A stretch of DNA of 64,000 nucleotides. It comes from a virus (Duplodnaviria; Caudoviricetes). This document shows, one piece after another, positions 63,736 through 64,000 of this stretch. The position numbers and the translations under genes are program-made. The DNA is taken from IMG/VR virus record IMGVR_UViG_3300028591_000071; one strand, given 5' to 3'. Positions within the stretch are counted from its first letter, which is position 1; each line of letters begins with the position of its first letter. The notes beneath the pieces were generated by a model. The model saw only the letters and a list, made by a program, of their open reading frames with translations, ran no database searches and was not told the DNA's origin.

Positions 63736-64000
63736 ATGGTAACAAAAAAATTTGAGAAAAAAGTAATTACACAAGATGTGGTCAGTTCATTTCTTGAAGG
63801 AAATGACCCACAGAAGAGGATAGTAAACCTCGAATATTCTTATCAAGACGACTACATAACAGTCTTTAGTAGGGACGAAAACGACAATAAAATAGAAGAA
63901 CAGCAGCCTTTTTACCCATTTGTATGGGCAAAGAAAGAGGCCTGCGTAAGTCTGTTCAACGGAGACAGACAAAAAGTGTTGGATGAACTTCACAAGAGCG
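63736..64000 (+). CDS. 5' end of a gene running off the window, probably family B DNA polymerase (absent from the ORF track)
   Basis: Open frame MVTKKFEKKVITQDVVSSFLEGNDPQKRIVNLEYSYQDD...FYPFVWAK, which I recall as resembling N-termini of PolB in large phages; no catalytic motifs within the window. Confidence 0.55.
   Translation, partial: MVTKKFEKKVITQDVVSSFLEGNDPQKRIVNLEYSYQDDYITVFSRDENDNKIEEQQPFYPFVWAKKEACVSLFNGDRQKVLDELHKS

Noticed and set aside
1-64000. Alternative genetic code (TAG or TGA recoding, as in some large gut phages)
   Set aside because: Conserved genes are full length in code 11, and TAA, TAG and TGA all occur as genuine stops
1-64000. CRISPR array, tRNA or rRNA genes
   Set aside because: No repeat-spacer pattern or cloverleaf seen by eye; intergenic gaps are short and explained by promoters and terminators. 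A tRNAscan/Infernal run would be needed to exclude them fully.

Overview
This is a 64 kb segment of a large T4-like (contractile-tailed) dsDNA phage genome using the standard genetic code. The host is probably an anaerobic Bacteroidota species, inferred from the class III RNR and AT-rich leaders that lack Shine-Dalgarno sites. 1-19 kb: a large glycan-synthesis island with ugd, an NDP-sugar epimerase, at least 6 glycosyltransferase-like genes and 4 paralogues of an unnamed F-x-H-x-[KR]-G family. It surrounds a collagen/coiled-coil tail fibre gene, splits nrdD from nrdG, and is interrupted by a TnpB-only IS200/IS605 element. 19-34 kb: replication and recombination genes (NrdD, DnaB-like helicase, 5'-3' exonuclease, RecA/UvsX, thymidine kinase, gp32-like SSB), a zinc-ribbon-repeat endonuclease and a Gp88-like Cys-cluster protein. 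34-60 kb: lysis and tail morphogenesis (muramidase, baseplate hub with amidase, OmpA-like hub protein, tape measure, probably frameshifted tail chaperone, tube, sheath, neck), with rmlD, a papain-like protease and a lipoprotein inserted among them. 60-64 kb: SNF2 helicase, a tandem paralogue pair, NADAR and the start of a probable family B polymerase. Two promoter-like motifs can be read directly from the DNA: TTG-N20-TATATT before replication and glycan genes, and CTATTTAT mostly before virion genes. The best candidates for undescribed biology are the glycosylation system and a dispersed set of putative capsid-packaged proteins with [LIV]-x-E leaders, including two HExxH protease paralogues. 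All product calls come from motif recognition, not database searches.
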